The position numbers were made by a program, and so were the translations under genes. This document shows, in pieces, positions 1-6,584 of a stretch of 40,339 bases of DNA. The notes beneath the pieces are model-generated. The model was not told the origin of the DNA. It made no database searches and saw only the letters and a program-made list of their open reading frames with translations. Source of the DNA: a virus; IMG/VR virus record IMGVR_UViG_3300024989_000002, one strand, 5' to 3'. The stretch's first letter is position 1. Every line of letters begins with the position of its first letter.

Positions 1-28
1 TGGCGGAGACGGAGGGATTTGAACCCTC
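1..28 (-). repeat. att core, left copy: displaced 3' fragment of a tRNA gene
   Basis: tggcggagacggagggatttgaaccctc is identical to 40312-40339. Its reverse complement reads GAGGG-TTCAAAT-CCCTC (T-arm), CGTCTCC (acceptor 3' strand), G, CCA. No matching 5' acceptor strand (GGAGACG) occurs in 29-95, so this copy is only a fragment. Confidence 0.85.
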
Positions 29-118
29 CCAAGACGGACACGGCGACGGATATGTGCCGAGATTCCGCGGGTTCTCAGCCCCAACAATGCCAACGGAATC
101 GGACGAAAAGCGGCAATC

Positions 119-135
119 GTTGACAGCGTCAACAC
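119..135. promoter_or_regulatory. Inverted GTTGACA-gc-GTCAACAC motif in the left att arm (candidate arm-type recombinase or accessory-protein site)
   Basis: GTTGAC/GTCAAC are perfect inverted arms. The 8-mer GTCAACAC recurs at 40258-40265 in the other att arm. Confidence 0.35.
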
Positions 136-352
136 TGCTGAGTTAGAGGCTCGCACGGCACCGCGTGATCTGCTCGAGCGCTGCGGTCTTGTAGTTGTCG
201 AACACTGAGGCGTGACGTACGGAGCATGGATGACTTGCCGAATGTCAGGCGTACCACCTATGTTCGAACACATGTTCGATAAACGGGGGGTAACGGGGAT
301 GACGGCAGGGCAGGCTCTCGAGTTGGCGATCAAGCTGGGGGTCCCTCCGTCA

Positions 353-583
353 CTAATCCTTGACGTGCTTCATCGCGTCATCGAGAAGCCCACCCGCCGA
401 GACGCCTAGGGCATCCGCGATCTTGAAGAGCACAGACAGCGGCGCGTCACGCTCTCCCTTGAGGTAGCGGCGAAGAGTGACGGCCGGGATTCCCGCGGCG
501 GCGGCGAGGGCGACGTCAGACATTCGAGCTCTCGCCTGCGCGGCACGAAGCTCAGCGGCTGCCGCCTCCACATATTTGTCCAT
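353..583 (-). CDS. CI-like prophage repressor, XRE-family HTH (76 aa from the ATG at 583)
   Basis: MDKYVEAAAAELRAAQARARMSDVALAAAAGIPAVTLRRYLKGERDAPLSVLFKIADALG is a single Cro/C1-type HTH. It is divergent from a second HTH gene across an AT-rich spacer. The track ORF runs to 691, but that extension crosses the operator region and has an implausible composition. Confidence 0.8.
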   Translation of the reverse strand: MDKYVEAAAAELRAAQARARMSDVALAAAAGIPAVTLRRYLKGERDAPLSVLFKIADALGVSAGGLLDDAMKHVKD

Positions 584-690
584 GTGGCTCACATTATCGC
601 CATATTGGATCATTTGAAAATCCGAATAGGGCACGAAGCCAACTTGACGTGATCCATTTGGGCAACTAGATTTGCTGCATGGATCACTCA
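584..690. promoter_or_regulatory. Divergent immunity-switch promoters with repeated TGGATCA operator candidates
   Basis: Rightward promoter: TTGACG 644-649, 17-nt spacer, TAGATT 667-672, which places the transcription start at about the A of the ATG at 679 (leaderless). Leftward promoter (minus strand): GATAAT = 593-598, TTTTCA = 615-620, ATG at 583. TGGATCA occurs at 606-612 and 680-686, and as TGATCCA at 650-656. The first two copies lie inside the promoter spacers and are each followed by TTTG. This is the lowest-GC stretch of the window. Confidence 0.55.
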
Positions 691-912
691 CCAGCTCAGG
701 AGCTCGCGGACAAGGTCGCCGCCAGCATCCTTCGATCCGGTCGCAAGAAGGCGGCAGTTGCCTCCGCAGCCGGCATCCCTCAGACGACCTTCAACCGCAA
801 GATCAACGGCCACACCGAGTTCACGTTCGGCGAACTTCTCCGCATCGCTCAGGCGATCGACGTGCCCCCGTCGACGTTCACGCCGCAGGCATTCCTCTCC
901 GCGGTCGCGTGA
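679..912 (+). CDS. Cro-like / early HTH regulator (XRE family), 77 aa
   Basis: KKAAVASAAGIPQTTFNRKINGHTEFTFGELLRIAQAIDVPPSTF is a classic HTH_3 pattern. The gene is divergent from the repressor. Confidence 0.85.
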   Translation: MDHSPAQELADKVAASILRSGRKKAAVASAAGIPQTTFNRKINGHTEFTFGELLRIAQAIDVPPSTFTPQAFLSAVA

Positions 913-1157
913 TGAGCGAGGCCCTGCTGACCCTCCAAGAGGTCGCGGTGGCGCTGGGCGTGCCGTACGAGATCGTCCGCGAGAACGTCTACGCGGGCCG
1001 CTGGCCGCACTCGAAGTTCAGCCCGAGGATCCGCCGGATGTCCGCCGACGACGTCGAACGCGTGCGCGCGATGACGCATCACGAGCCGAGCGACCCGACC
1101 CGGTCGGAATCGCACGCTCGCACGAAGCGCATCCGCGATCTGATGCGCGCGGTCTGA
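912..1157 (+). CDS. Excisionase-type (MerR-superfamily HTH_17-like) DNA-binding protein, 81 aa; candidate Xis or early regulator
   Basis: LLTLQEVAVALGVPYEIVRENVYAGRWPHSKF matches the excisionase-family HTH pattern. TGATG overlap with the upstream gene. Confidence 0.65.
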   Translation: MSEALLTLQEVAVALGVPYEIVRENVYAGRWPHSKFSPRIRRMSADDVERVRAMTHHEPSDPTRSESHARTKRIRDLMRAV

Positions 1158-1160
1158 CCC

Positions 1161-1196
1161 CAGAAAGCAGAAACCCGCCGGCTGGTACCCGGCGGG
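1161..1196 (-). terminator. GC hairpin that is a canonical intrinsic terminator only in the minus orientation
   Basis: Stem CCCGCCGG (1174-1181) / CCGGCGGG (1189-1196) with a 7-nt loop. The plus strand continues cctcac with no U-tract. On the minus strand the hairpin is followed by TTTCTGCTTTCTG (complement of 1161-1173). Confidence 0.4.
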
Positions 1197-1220
1197 CCTC
1201 ACAAGAGAGGAGCCATACAG

Positions 1221-1580
1221 GTGGCTCAGGAACAGATTCTAGGCCGTGAGGCCTTCGATGTCGTGGACATCGCGGAGGGCTTGCGGGATCTCGCGAGCGT
1301 GGTGGCGACGTTCCCGGACGGGAACCCGCTGATGCAGTACCCGGCTGTGCCCGTGCCGCTCGTCGTGCCGGTGGAGTCGGTGGACGCGGTGGCCGCGTGG
1401 GCGTTGAACCTCGGTGTTCCGGTCGAGTCGTGGACCGCCCCGACCGGGTTCGTGCACGTCTCTGCGGCTCGCGAGTTCGGTGCGGTCGAGTTCAAGGTCT
1501 TCTACATCGTCGAGCCGGTGCGGACTCTGATGCGCCCGTCGGGTGTGACAGAGGCGTTCGAGGCGGTGGAGGTCGCGTGA
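1221..1580 (+). CDS. Hypothetical early protein, 119 aa
   Basis: GTG start 8 nt after AGGAG; high GC3; coupled to the next gene. Confidence 0.65.
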   Translation: MAQEQILGREAFDVVDIAEGLRDLASVVATFPDGNPLMQYPAVPVPLVVPVESVDAVAAWALNLGVPVESWTAPTGFVHVSAAREFGAVEFKVFYIVEPVRTLMRPSGVTEAFEAVEVA

Positions 1581-1732
1581 TGGATGCCGCCAAGATGCCC
1601 GCACGCCGCACCGACAAGGCGCGGGCGCGCGCGGTCCTCGCGACCCGCGTGGACGCGGCCGCACAGAAGGTCGCCCCCTACATGCTCGGCCTGGCGCTCG
1701 CGGTGGCGATGCTCGCGGTGGTGACCCGGTGA
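1580..1732 (+). CDS. Small membrane protein, 50 aa
   Basis: The ATG overlaps the upstream TGA. Basic N-terminus followed by one hydrophobic helix (VAPYMLGLALAVAMLAVV). Confidence 0.55.
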   Translation: MDAAKMPARRTDKARARAVLATRVDAAAQKVAPYMLGLALAVAMLAVVTR

Positions 1733-2310
1733 GCGTCCCGCAGATCGTGATGGCCGGCGACAGCCCGCGTGCGCGCCTGTTCGACCCGGTCGAGTCCCAC
1801 GAAGCCGCGGACGCGTCCACGACGTCCGTCGCCGCCTCCCAGGCCGCGGTGCTCGCTGTGCTCGAGTTCGGGATCGCCCTGACCGACAAGCAGATCGTCG
1901 TCGAGATCCGCCGCACCGGGCAACGGTTCTCGGACTCCCGTGTCCGCTCGGCCCGCAGCGAGCTCGAACGCGACGGACGCGTCCACAAGGCCGGAAGGGT
2001 GAAGCAAGACGGCGTCCACGCGAGCGTGTGGCGGATCGGTCCGGCCCTTCCCTACCAGGCGCGGGTGGAGGACATCCACGACCGACTCACCGCCGCAGGC
2101 CTGACCCGCACGGATCAGCAGATCTCCACCGCGATCACCAACGCGTGGGACTCGTACCGGGACCGGCACGACACGGAACCCGACCTCGACATCGAAGACG
2201 CCCGCCGCCCGAACACGTGGCCCGACCTCCTCTGGGAGATCTTCGACAGCCTCGAGGTCGACTTCGAGGAGAACCGCCTCTACGACCGGATGGGCGGTGA
2301 CCCGCTGTGA
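1729..2310 (+). CDS. Winged-helix (MarR-like) DNA-binding protein, 193 aa
   Basis: QAAVLAVLEFGIALTDKQIVVEIRRTGQRFSDSRVRSARSELERDGRVHKAGR...VWRIG is a wHTH pattern. GTGA overlap with the upstream gene. Confidence 0.65.
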   Translation: MSVPQIVMAGDSPRARLFDPVESHEAADASTTSVAASQAAVLAVLEFGIALTDKQIVVEIRRTGQRFSDSRVRSARSELERDGRVHKAGRVKQDGVHASVWRIGPALPYQARVEDIHDRLTAAGLTRTDQQISTAITNAWDSYRDRHDTEPDLDIEDARRPNTWPDLLWEIFDSLEVDFEENRLYDRMGGDPL

Positions 2311-2411
2311 CCGATATCGCCCCGTTCATCGGGATCAGCGTGTTCGTCACCGTCCTCGTGGTGAGCGCCTGGGTCCTCGACCTTCGCCAGGACGAGAGGG
2401 ACCACCGATGA
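2307..2411 (+). CDS. Tiny membrane peptide, 34 aa (below the track cutoff)
   Basis: The GTG overlaps the upstream TGA and the stop overlaps the next ATG (ATGA). The product VTDIAPFIGISVFVTVLVVSAWVLDLRQDERDHR is one TM helix plus a charged tail. GC3 is high. Confidence 0.5.
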   Translation: MTDIAPFIGISVFVTVLVVSAWVLDLRQDERDHR

Positions 2412-2560
2412 CCTCACTGATCCTCCTGCTGGCCGGGATGCTCCTTCTTCCATTCGCGATCGGCGACCGCCCCCTCAACGGCCTCGACCTGATCACTCTC
2501 CTCCTCTTCATCGCTGCGGGACTCGCCCGCGCGACCACCAGACGAAAGGCACAACGATGA
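2408..2560 (+). CDS. Small membrane protein, 50 aa
   Basis: ATG preceded by GAGAGGGA. The product MTSLILLLAGMLLLPFAIGDRPLNGLDLITLLLFIAAGLARATTRRKAQR has two hydrophobic segments. Confidence 0.6.
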   Translation: MTSLILLLAGMLLLPFAIGDRPLNGLDLITLLLFIAAGLARATTRRKAQR

Positions 2561-3816
2561 CCATCCCCGCCATCAAGGGGTTCAACCCCGACCTGACTTG
2601 CCGCGGATTCCAGTTCGCGGAAGGGAAGTCGTTCACGCACGACGGGCCGGTCCGCGTGTGCAGCTCCGGGTTCCACGCGGTGACGATGCCGCTGGATGTT
2701 CTCCGCTACTACCCGCCGAACAAGTCCGTCTACCACCAGGTCGAACTCGAAGACGTGCAGACCCACTCGGAGGACTCTAAGGTCGCGGGCAAGACGATCC
2801 GCATCGGTGCGCGGATCGAGTTGCCCGCGTTGATCAAGGCGCAGATCGAGTTCGTCTTCAAGAACTCGAAGAAGGTCGACGGCGCTTCGTCGACGGAGGC
2901 GCGCACTCAGGTCGGCACTGACATCGAGCACGGTGCGGCGACGGTGTCCGGGTACTCCGGTGCGGCGACGGCGTCCGGGGACTACGGTGCGGCGACGGCG
3001 TCCGGGCGCTACGGTGCGGCGACGGCGTCCGGGTACTCCGGTGCGGCGACGGTGTCCGGGGAGCACGGTGCGGCGACGGCGTCCGGGGAGCACGGTGCGG
3101 CGACGGCGTCCGGGGAGCACGGTGCGGCGACGGCGTCCGGGGACTACGGTGCGGCGACGGCGTCCGGGCGCTACGGTGCGGCGACGGCGTCCGGGTACTC
3201 CGGTGCGGCGACGGCGTCCGGGGACTCCGGTGCGGCGACGGCGTCCGGGTACTACGGTGCGGCGACGGCGTCCGGGTACTACGGTGCGGCGACGGCGTCC
3301 GGGGACTCCGGTGCGGCGACGGCGTCCGGGTACTCCGGTGCGGCGACGGCGTCCGGGGACTACGGTGCGGCGACGGCGTCCGGGTACTACGGTGCGGCGA
3401 CGGCGTCCGGGGACTCCGGTGCGGCGACGGCGTCCGGGGACTCCGGTGCGGCGACGGCGTCCGGGTACTACGGTGCGGCGACGGCGTCCGGGCGCTACGG
3501 TGCGGCGACGGCGTCCGGGTACTACGGTGCGGCGACGGCGTCCGGGGACTACGGTGCGGCGACGGCGTCCGGGGACTCCGGTGCGGCGACGGCGTCCGGG
3601 TACTACGGTGCGGCGACGGCGTCCGGGGAGAAGTCCGTTGCCCTGGCCAGCGGCTACGACGGACGTGCGCGCGGAGCTATCGGTACCGCCCTCTTCCTCA
3701 CTGAGCGCTCGTCGGACTGGACCATCATCGCGGCGGCCGGCGTCGTCGTCGATGGTGCGGCCATCAAGGCCGACACGTGGTACTCGCTGCGTGGCGGGAA
3801 GGTCGTGGCGTCGTGA
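2557..3816 (+). CDS. Tandem-repeat protein: Cys-containing N-terminal domain + (GAATASGxx)x26 + short C-terminal domain, 419 aa
   Basis: This is the only frame with non-repeat flanks of normal composition. N-terminus: IKGFNPDLTCRGFQFAEGKSFTHDGPVRVCSSGFHAVTMPLDVLRYYPP. From memory, I believe this N-terminal module occurs in a widespread phage/prophage family of unknown function that also carries SG-rich repeats; this is not verified. ATGA coupling upstream and GTGA coupling downstream. Confidence 0.8.
   Translation: MTIPAIKGFNPDLTCRGFQFAEGKSFTHDGPVRVCSSGFHAVTMPLDVLRYYPPNKSVYHQVELEDVQTHSEDSKVAGKTIRIGARIELPALIKAQIEFVFKNSKKVDGASSTEARTQVGTDIEHGAATVSGYSGAATASGDYGAATASGRYGAATASGYSGAATVSGEHGAATASGEHGAATASGEHGAATASGDYGAATASGRYGAATASGYSGAATASGDSGAATASGYYGAATASGYYGAATASGDSGAATASGYSGAATASGDYGAATASGYYGAATASGDSGAATASGDSGAATASGYYGAATASGRYGAATASGYYGAATASGDYGAATASGDSGAATASGYYGAATASGEKSVALASGYDGRARGAIGTALFLTERSSDWTIIAAAGVVVDGAAIKADTWYSLRGGKVVAS
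2932..3633 (+). repeat. 26 head-to-tail copies of a 27-bp unit
   Basis: The backbone ggtgcggcgacggcgtccggg is identical in 24 of 26 units; two units carry one c>t change (A>V). The last 6 nt vary only among gac/tac/cgc/gag followed by tac/tcc/cac/aag. Confidence 0.97.
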
Positions 3817-5057
3817 GCAAGACCTTCTCCGTCCAGAACTTCAAGGGCGTCCGCGAGATCGAACTGAGCCCGACCGGGTCGCTGATCGTCGTCGCCGGCG
3901 CGAACGGTGCCGGGAAGTCGAGCTTCATCGACGCGTTCGTCGAGCTGTTCGACCCGAAGGGCACCCGCCTGACCCCGAAGCCGATCCGTGAGGGCGAGGA
4001 CGAGGCCCGCGCGGAGTACACCGACACGGACCTCGGTGTCCGCATCGTCCGCACCTGGAAGAAGAACGACGCGGGACGCCTCGAGGTGTTCGCGCTCGAC
4101 GGCGCGAAGTACTCGAAGCCCGCCGACGTCGTCGCGTCGCTCACGGGCGGCTTGATCTTCGACCCGGTCGCGTTCCTGAACCTCGACGAGAAGCGACAGC
4201 GGGACGCGCTCCTCGCGAAGGTCGACCTCCCGTTCGACGTCGACGCGTTGGCGCGGGAGAAGGCTGGTGCGGAGGAGCGCCGCCTGATCGCTGGCCGTGA
4301 CGTGAAACGCCTGCAGGGTGCCCTGTCGGCGATGCCGAACCCGCTGGACGCGCCGAACGAGGAGGTGTCGGGCGCCGCGGTCCTCGCCGAAATCGAGTCC
4401 GTGCAGGAGCACAACCACCGCATCGACCGGGCCGAGGATCTCGTCACCGAACTCGGACGTCAGGTCCTCGACACCGACCGCACGATCGAGCGCTTGGAGG
4501 AGCAGATCACTCAGGCGCGCGCGGACCGCGCCGTCTGGGTCGAGAGGATCGAGGTGGCCCAGCGCGCTGCCGCTGCTCCGCGCGCGGATCTCGCGCCGTT
4601 GCAGGCAAAGCTCGCGGCCGTCGACGAATGGAACGCGGCCGTGCGAGCGCGTCGCGAGTATGCGAAGGTCGCCGACGAGTGCGCCGCCGCGGAGTCCGCT
4701 CAGGCCGCCGCGAACCGCGACCTCGCCTCGATCGAGAAGCGCAAGCGTGACGGCCTCGCAGCGGCGACGTTCCCCGTCGACGGGCTGTCCGTGGACGAGG
4801 ACGGCGTGACGTTCGACGGCGTGCCGTTCACGCAGGTCAACTCGGCCATGCGTCGCCGCGTCGCGTTCGCGATCGCGACCGCGGGAGACCCGAAGCTGCG
4901 TCTCGTCATCGTGAAGGACGGTGACCTGTTGGACGCCGACTCCCTCGCCGCGATCCGGGATCTCGCCGACGAGCGCGGATACACCGTGCTCGTCGAGCGG
5001 GACCGTGACGAGTCCCGCCGGATCGGCTTCACGATCCAGGACGGCGCTCTCGCATGA
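3813..5057 (+). CDS. SMC/RecF-like AAA ATPase with a central coiled coil, 414 aa
   Basis: Walker A GANGAGKSS near the N-terminus, a long Ala/Glu/Arg-rich helical middle, and a C-terminal LRLVIVKDGDLLD (Walker-B-like). The GTG at 3813 overlaps the upstream TGA. Confidence 0.8.
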   Translation: MSKTFSVQNFKGVREIELSPTGSLIVVAGANGAGKSSFIDAFVELFDPKGTRLTPKPIREGEDEARAEYTDTDLGVRIVRTWKKNDAGRLEVFALDGAKYSKPADVVASLTGGLIFDPVAFLNLDEKRQRDALLAKVDLPFDVDALAREKAGAEERRLIAGRDVKRLQGALSAMPNPLDAPNEEVSGAAVLAEIESVQEHNHRIDRAEDLVTELGRQVLDTDRTIERLEEQITQARADRAVWVERIEVAQRAAAAPRADLAPLQAKLAAVDEWNAAVRARREYAKVADECAAAESAQAAANRDLASIEKRKRDGLAAATFPVDGLSVDEDGVTFDGVPFTQVNSAMRRRVAFAIATAGDPKLRLVIVKDGDLLDADSLAAIRDLADERGYTVLVERDRDESRRIGFTIQDGALA

Positions 5058-5323
5058 CCGCGCGCATCGACCATGCCTCCGAAGCGCTGAAGGCTCTCGG
5101 CCACATCACGGGAGTCGATGAGGCCACGAACCAGATCACGCTTGCGCTCGAAGCGCAGGTGCACGCGACTCTCGCTCTTGTCGAGCAGCAGCGCCTCGCC
5201 AACCTCATCGCGTTCCACGATGTCGCGACGCGTCAGGCGGACGCGGGCCACATCCTGAGCAGCGACGGCCTTGCCCGAGTCGAGCGTGCGGCGCGGGAGC
5301 TCCGGGCGGGGGTCGGACTGTGA
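5054..5323 (+). CDS. Hypothetical protein, 89 aa
   Basis: ATGA overlap upstream, GTGA overlap downstream; helical composition. Confidence 0.6.
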   Translation: MTARIDHASEALKALGHITGVDEATNQITLALEAQVHATLALVEQQRLANLIAFHDVATRQADAGHILSSDGLARVERAARELRAGVGL

Positions 5324-5937
5324 GCGCCCTCGCGATCCTGGATCGCACCCTCGCGGACTCTGCCGACCGCGAATCTTGGCTGGACGCGCACGACAAGGTC
5401 ATCGGCTCATCGACGGCGGGGAAGTTTGCGAAGCCGGGATCTGTGGAGCTCTACGTCCGGCAGATCCTCGAACCCCGCACGTTCGGCGGGAACGAGGCGA
5501 CCCGGTCGGGCAACGACTGGGAGCCCGCGCTGCTCGGCGCGGTCGGGGCGCGTCCGAACAGCCTGCTGATCCACCACCCCGACTATCCCCGGTTCGGCGC
5601 GACGATCGACGGCACGAAGCCGGTCGGCGACCGTTTCGCGATCGTCGAGACGAAGACGAAGCACAACAAGGTCGTGACCGGGCCGACACCGTACGAGGTC
5701 CGGCAGCTCGCGTGGCAGTTCTACTGCATCCCCGAAGCCGTCCACGCGGAGTGGGTGTGGGGCGAGCTCGTCCGCGACCCCGACGCGCCAGGACTGTGGC
5801 GGCTGCGCCGCCCCGTGCAGTCGCGCACGTTCCACCGCGACCACCCACAGATCATCGCCGCGACGGACCTGATCGTCCCCATCGCGCACCGCGTCGTCGA
5901 GCTGCTCGACGCCGCCCGAGAGGAGGCATGGACATGA
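5320..5937 (+). CDS. YqaJ/lambda-Exo-like recombination exonuclease (PD-(D/E)XK), 205 aa
   Basis: GSSTAGKF near the N-terminus, then ATIDG ... FAIVETKTK (the D...E-x-K nuclease motif). It lies directly upstream of an ERF annealase. Confidence 0.75.
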   Translation: MSALAILDRTLADSADRESWLDAHDKVIGSSTAGKFAKPGSVELYVRQILEPRTFGGNEATRSGNDWEPALLGAVGARPNSLLIHHPDYPRFGATIDGTKPVGDRFAIVETKTKHNKVVTGPTPYEVRQLAWQFYCIPEAVHAEWVWGELVRDPDAPGLWRLRRPVQSRTFHRDHPQIIAATDLIVPIAHRVVELLDAAREEAWT

Positions 5938-6584
5938 CCAACCCCACCCCGCCCGCGACCCTCACCGAGGCGCTCAGCGCCTTCCAGGCCGAACTGCCCC
6001 GCGTGCAGAAGGGTGCACGCAACGACCACTTCAAGTCGTCGTACGCGGACCTCGCCGACGTCGTCGGCGTCGTCCTCCCCGCGCTCGCCCGCCAGGGCCT
6101 CGCCTGGGTGACCGTTCCGACGATGACGGAGGCCGGGTTCCGGCTCGAGTACAGCCTGCAGCACGTCGGCGGGGAACGGATCGACGGCTCCTGGCCGCTC
6201 CCGAATCCGACCGAGAGCACTGCACAGGCGGTCGGGTCCGCGATCACGTACGCGAAGCGCTACGCGCTGTCCGCGGTCACCGGCGTCGCTCCCGATCAGG
6301 ACGACGACGGAAACAGCGCATCCCAGCAGGGAGCACCCGCCGCCGCGCCGAAGGAGTGGAAGAAGCAGGTCGCGGCCGCCGCGTCCGTCGCGGAGCTGCA
6401 CGAGATCTACCAGTCCGCGGAGCGCGACGGATGGCTGAACGCATCGATCATCGCGAGCCTGAACGCCCGCCGTGCCGTGCTGAGCACCCCGGCCGCGCCG
6501 GACGCCGCCGACGCGTACGAAGCGGCGGCATCGGCGGAGTACGACGCCGCGGTCGCGCGTGGGGAGGTGGCCGGTCGTGTCTGA
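5934..6584 (+). CDS. ERF-family single-strand annealing protein, 216 aa
   Basis: LSAFQAELPRVQKGARNDHFKSSYADLADVV...GSAITYAKRYALSAVTG matches the ERF pattern as I recall it. AGGAGG lies 7 nt upstream of the ATG at 5934. ATGA overlap with the exonuclease gene. Confidence 0.75.
   Translation: MTNPTPPATLTEALSAFQAELPRVQKGARNDHFKSSYADLADVVGVVLPALARQGLAWVTVPTMTEAGFRLEYSLQHVGGERIDGSWPLPNPTESTAQAVGSAITYAKRYALSAVTGVAPDQDDDGNSASQQGAPAAAPKEWKKQVAAAASVAELHEIYQSAERDGWLNASIIASLNARRAVLSTPAAPDAADAYEAAASAEYDAAVARGEVAGRV

Noticed and set aside
1-95. Possibility that the left repeat is part of an intact tRNA gene
   Set aside because: The reverse complement of 29-95 contains no GGAGACG 5' acceptor strand and no D or anticodon arms, so only the 3' fragment is present.
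212-409. 65-aa plus-strand ORF at the left end
   Set aside because: The first half has poor coding statistics and low GC3. The last 57 nt overlap the well-supported repressor gene on the opposite strand. Only a short internal HTH-like stretch looks protein-like. It is kept as a remark under the left-arm finding, not called as a gene.
2932-3633. Regular 27-bp repeats that might be mistaken for a CRISPR array
   Set aside because: The units are directly abutting with no spacers. They sit inside a well-supported ORF and maintain a 9-codon period, so this is a coding tandem repeat.
2347-3991. Long ORFs in other frames and on the other strand across the repeat (2347-3120 minus, 2933-3991 plus), with RRRRPGT-type translations
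   Set aside because: They are open only because a stop-free 27-bp unit is repeated. Their composition is extreme (Arg/Pro), and outside the array they run into frames already explained by real genes.
5271-6584. N-terminally extended versions of ERF (437 aa), terL (16933-18459), the G chaperone (25502-26941), SSB (11999-12778) and others in the track
   Set aside because: The extensions overlap upstream genes in another frame and have Arg/Pro-rich junk composition. Internal starts with an RBS or stop-start overlaps give products of normal family length.
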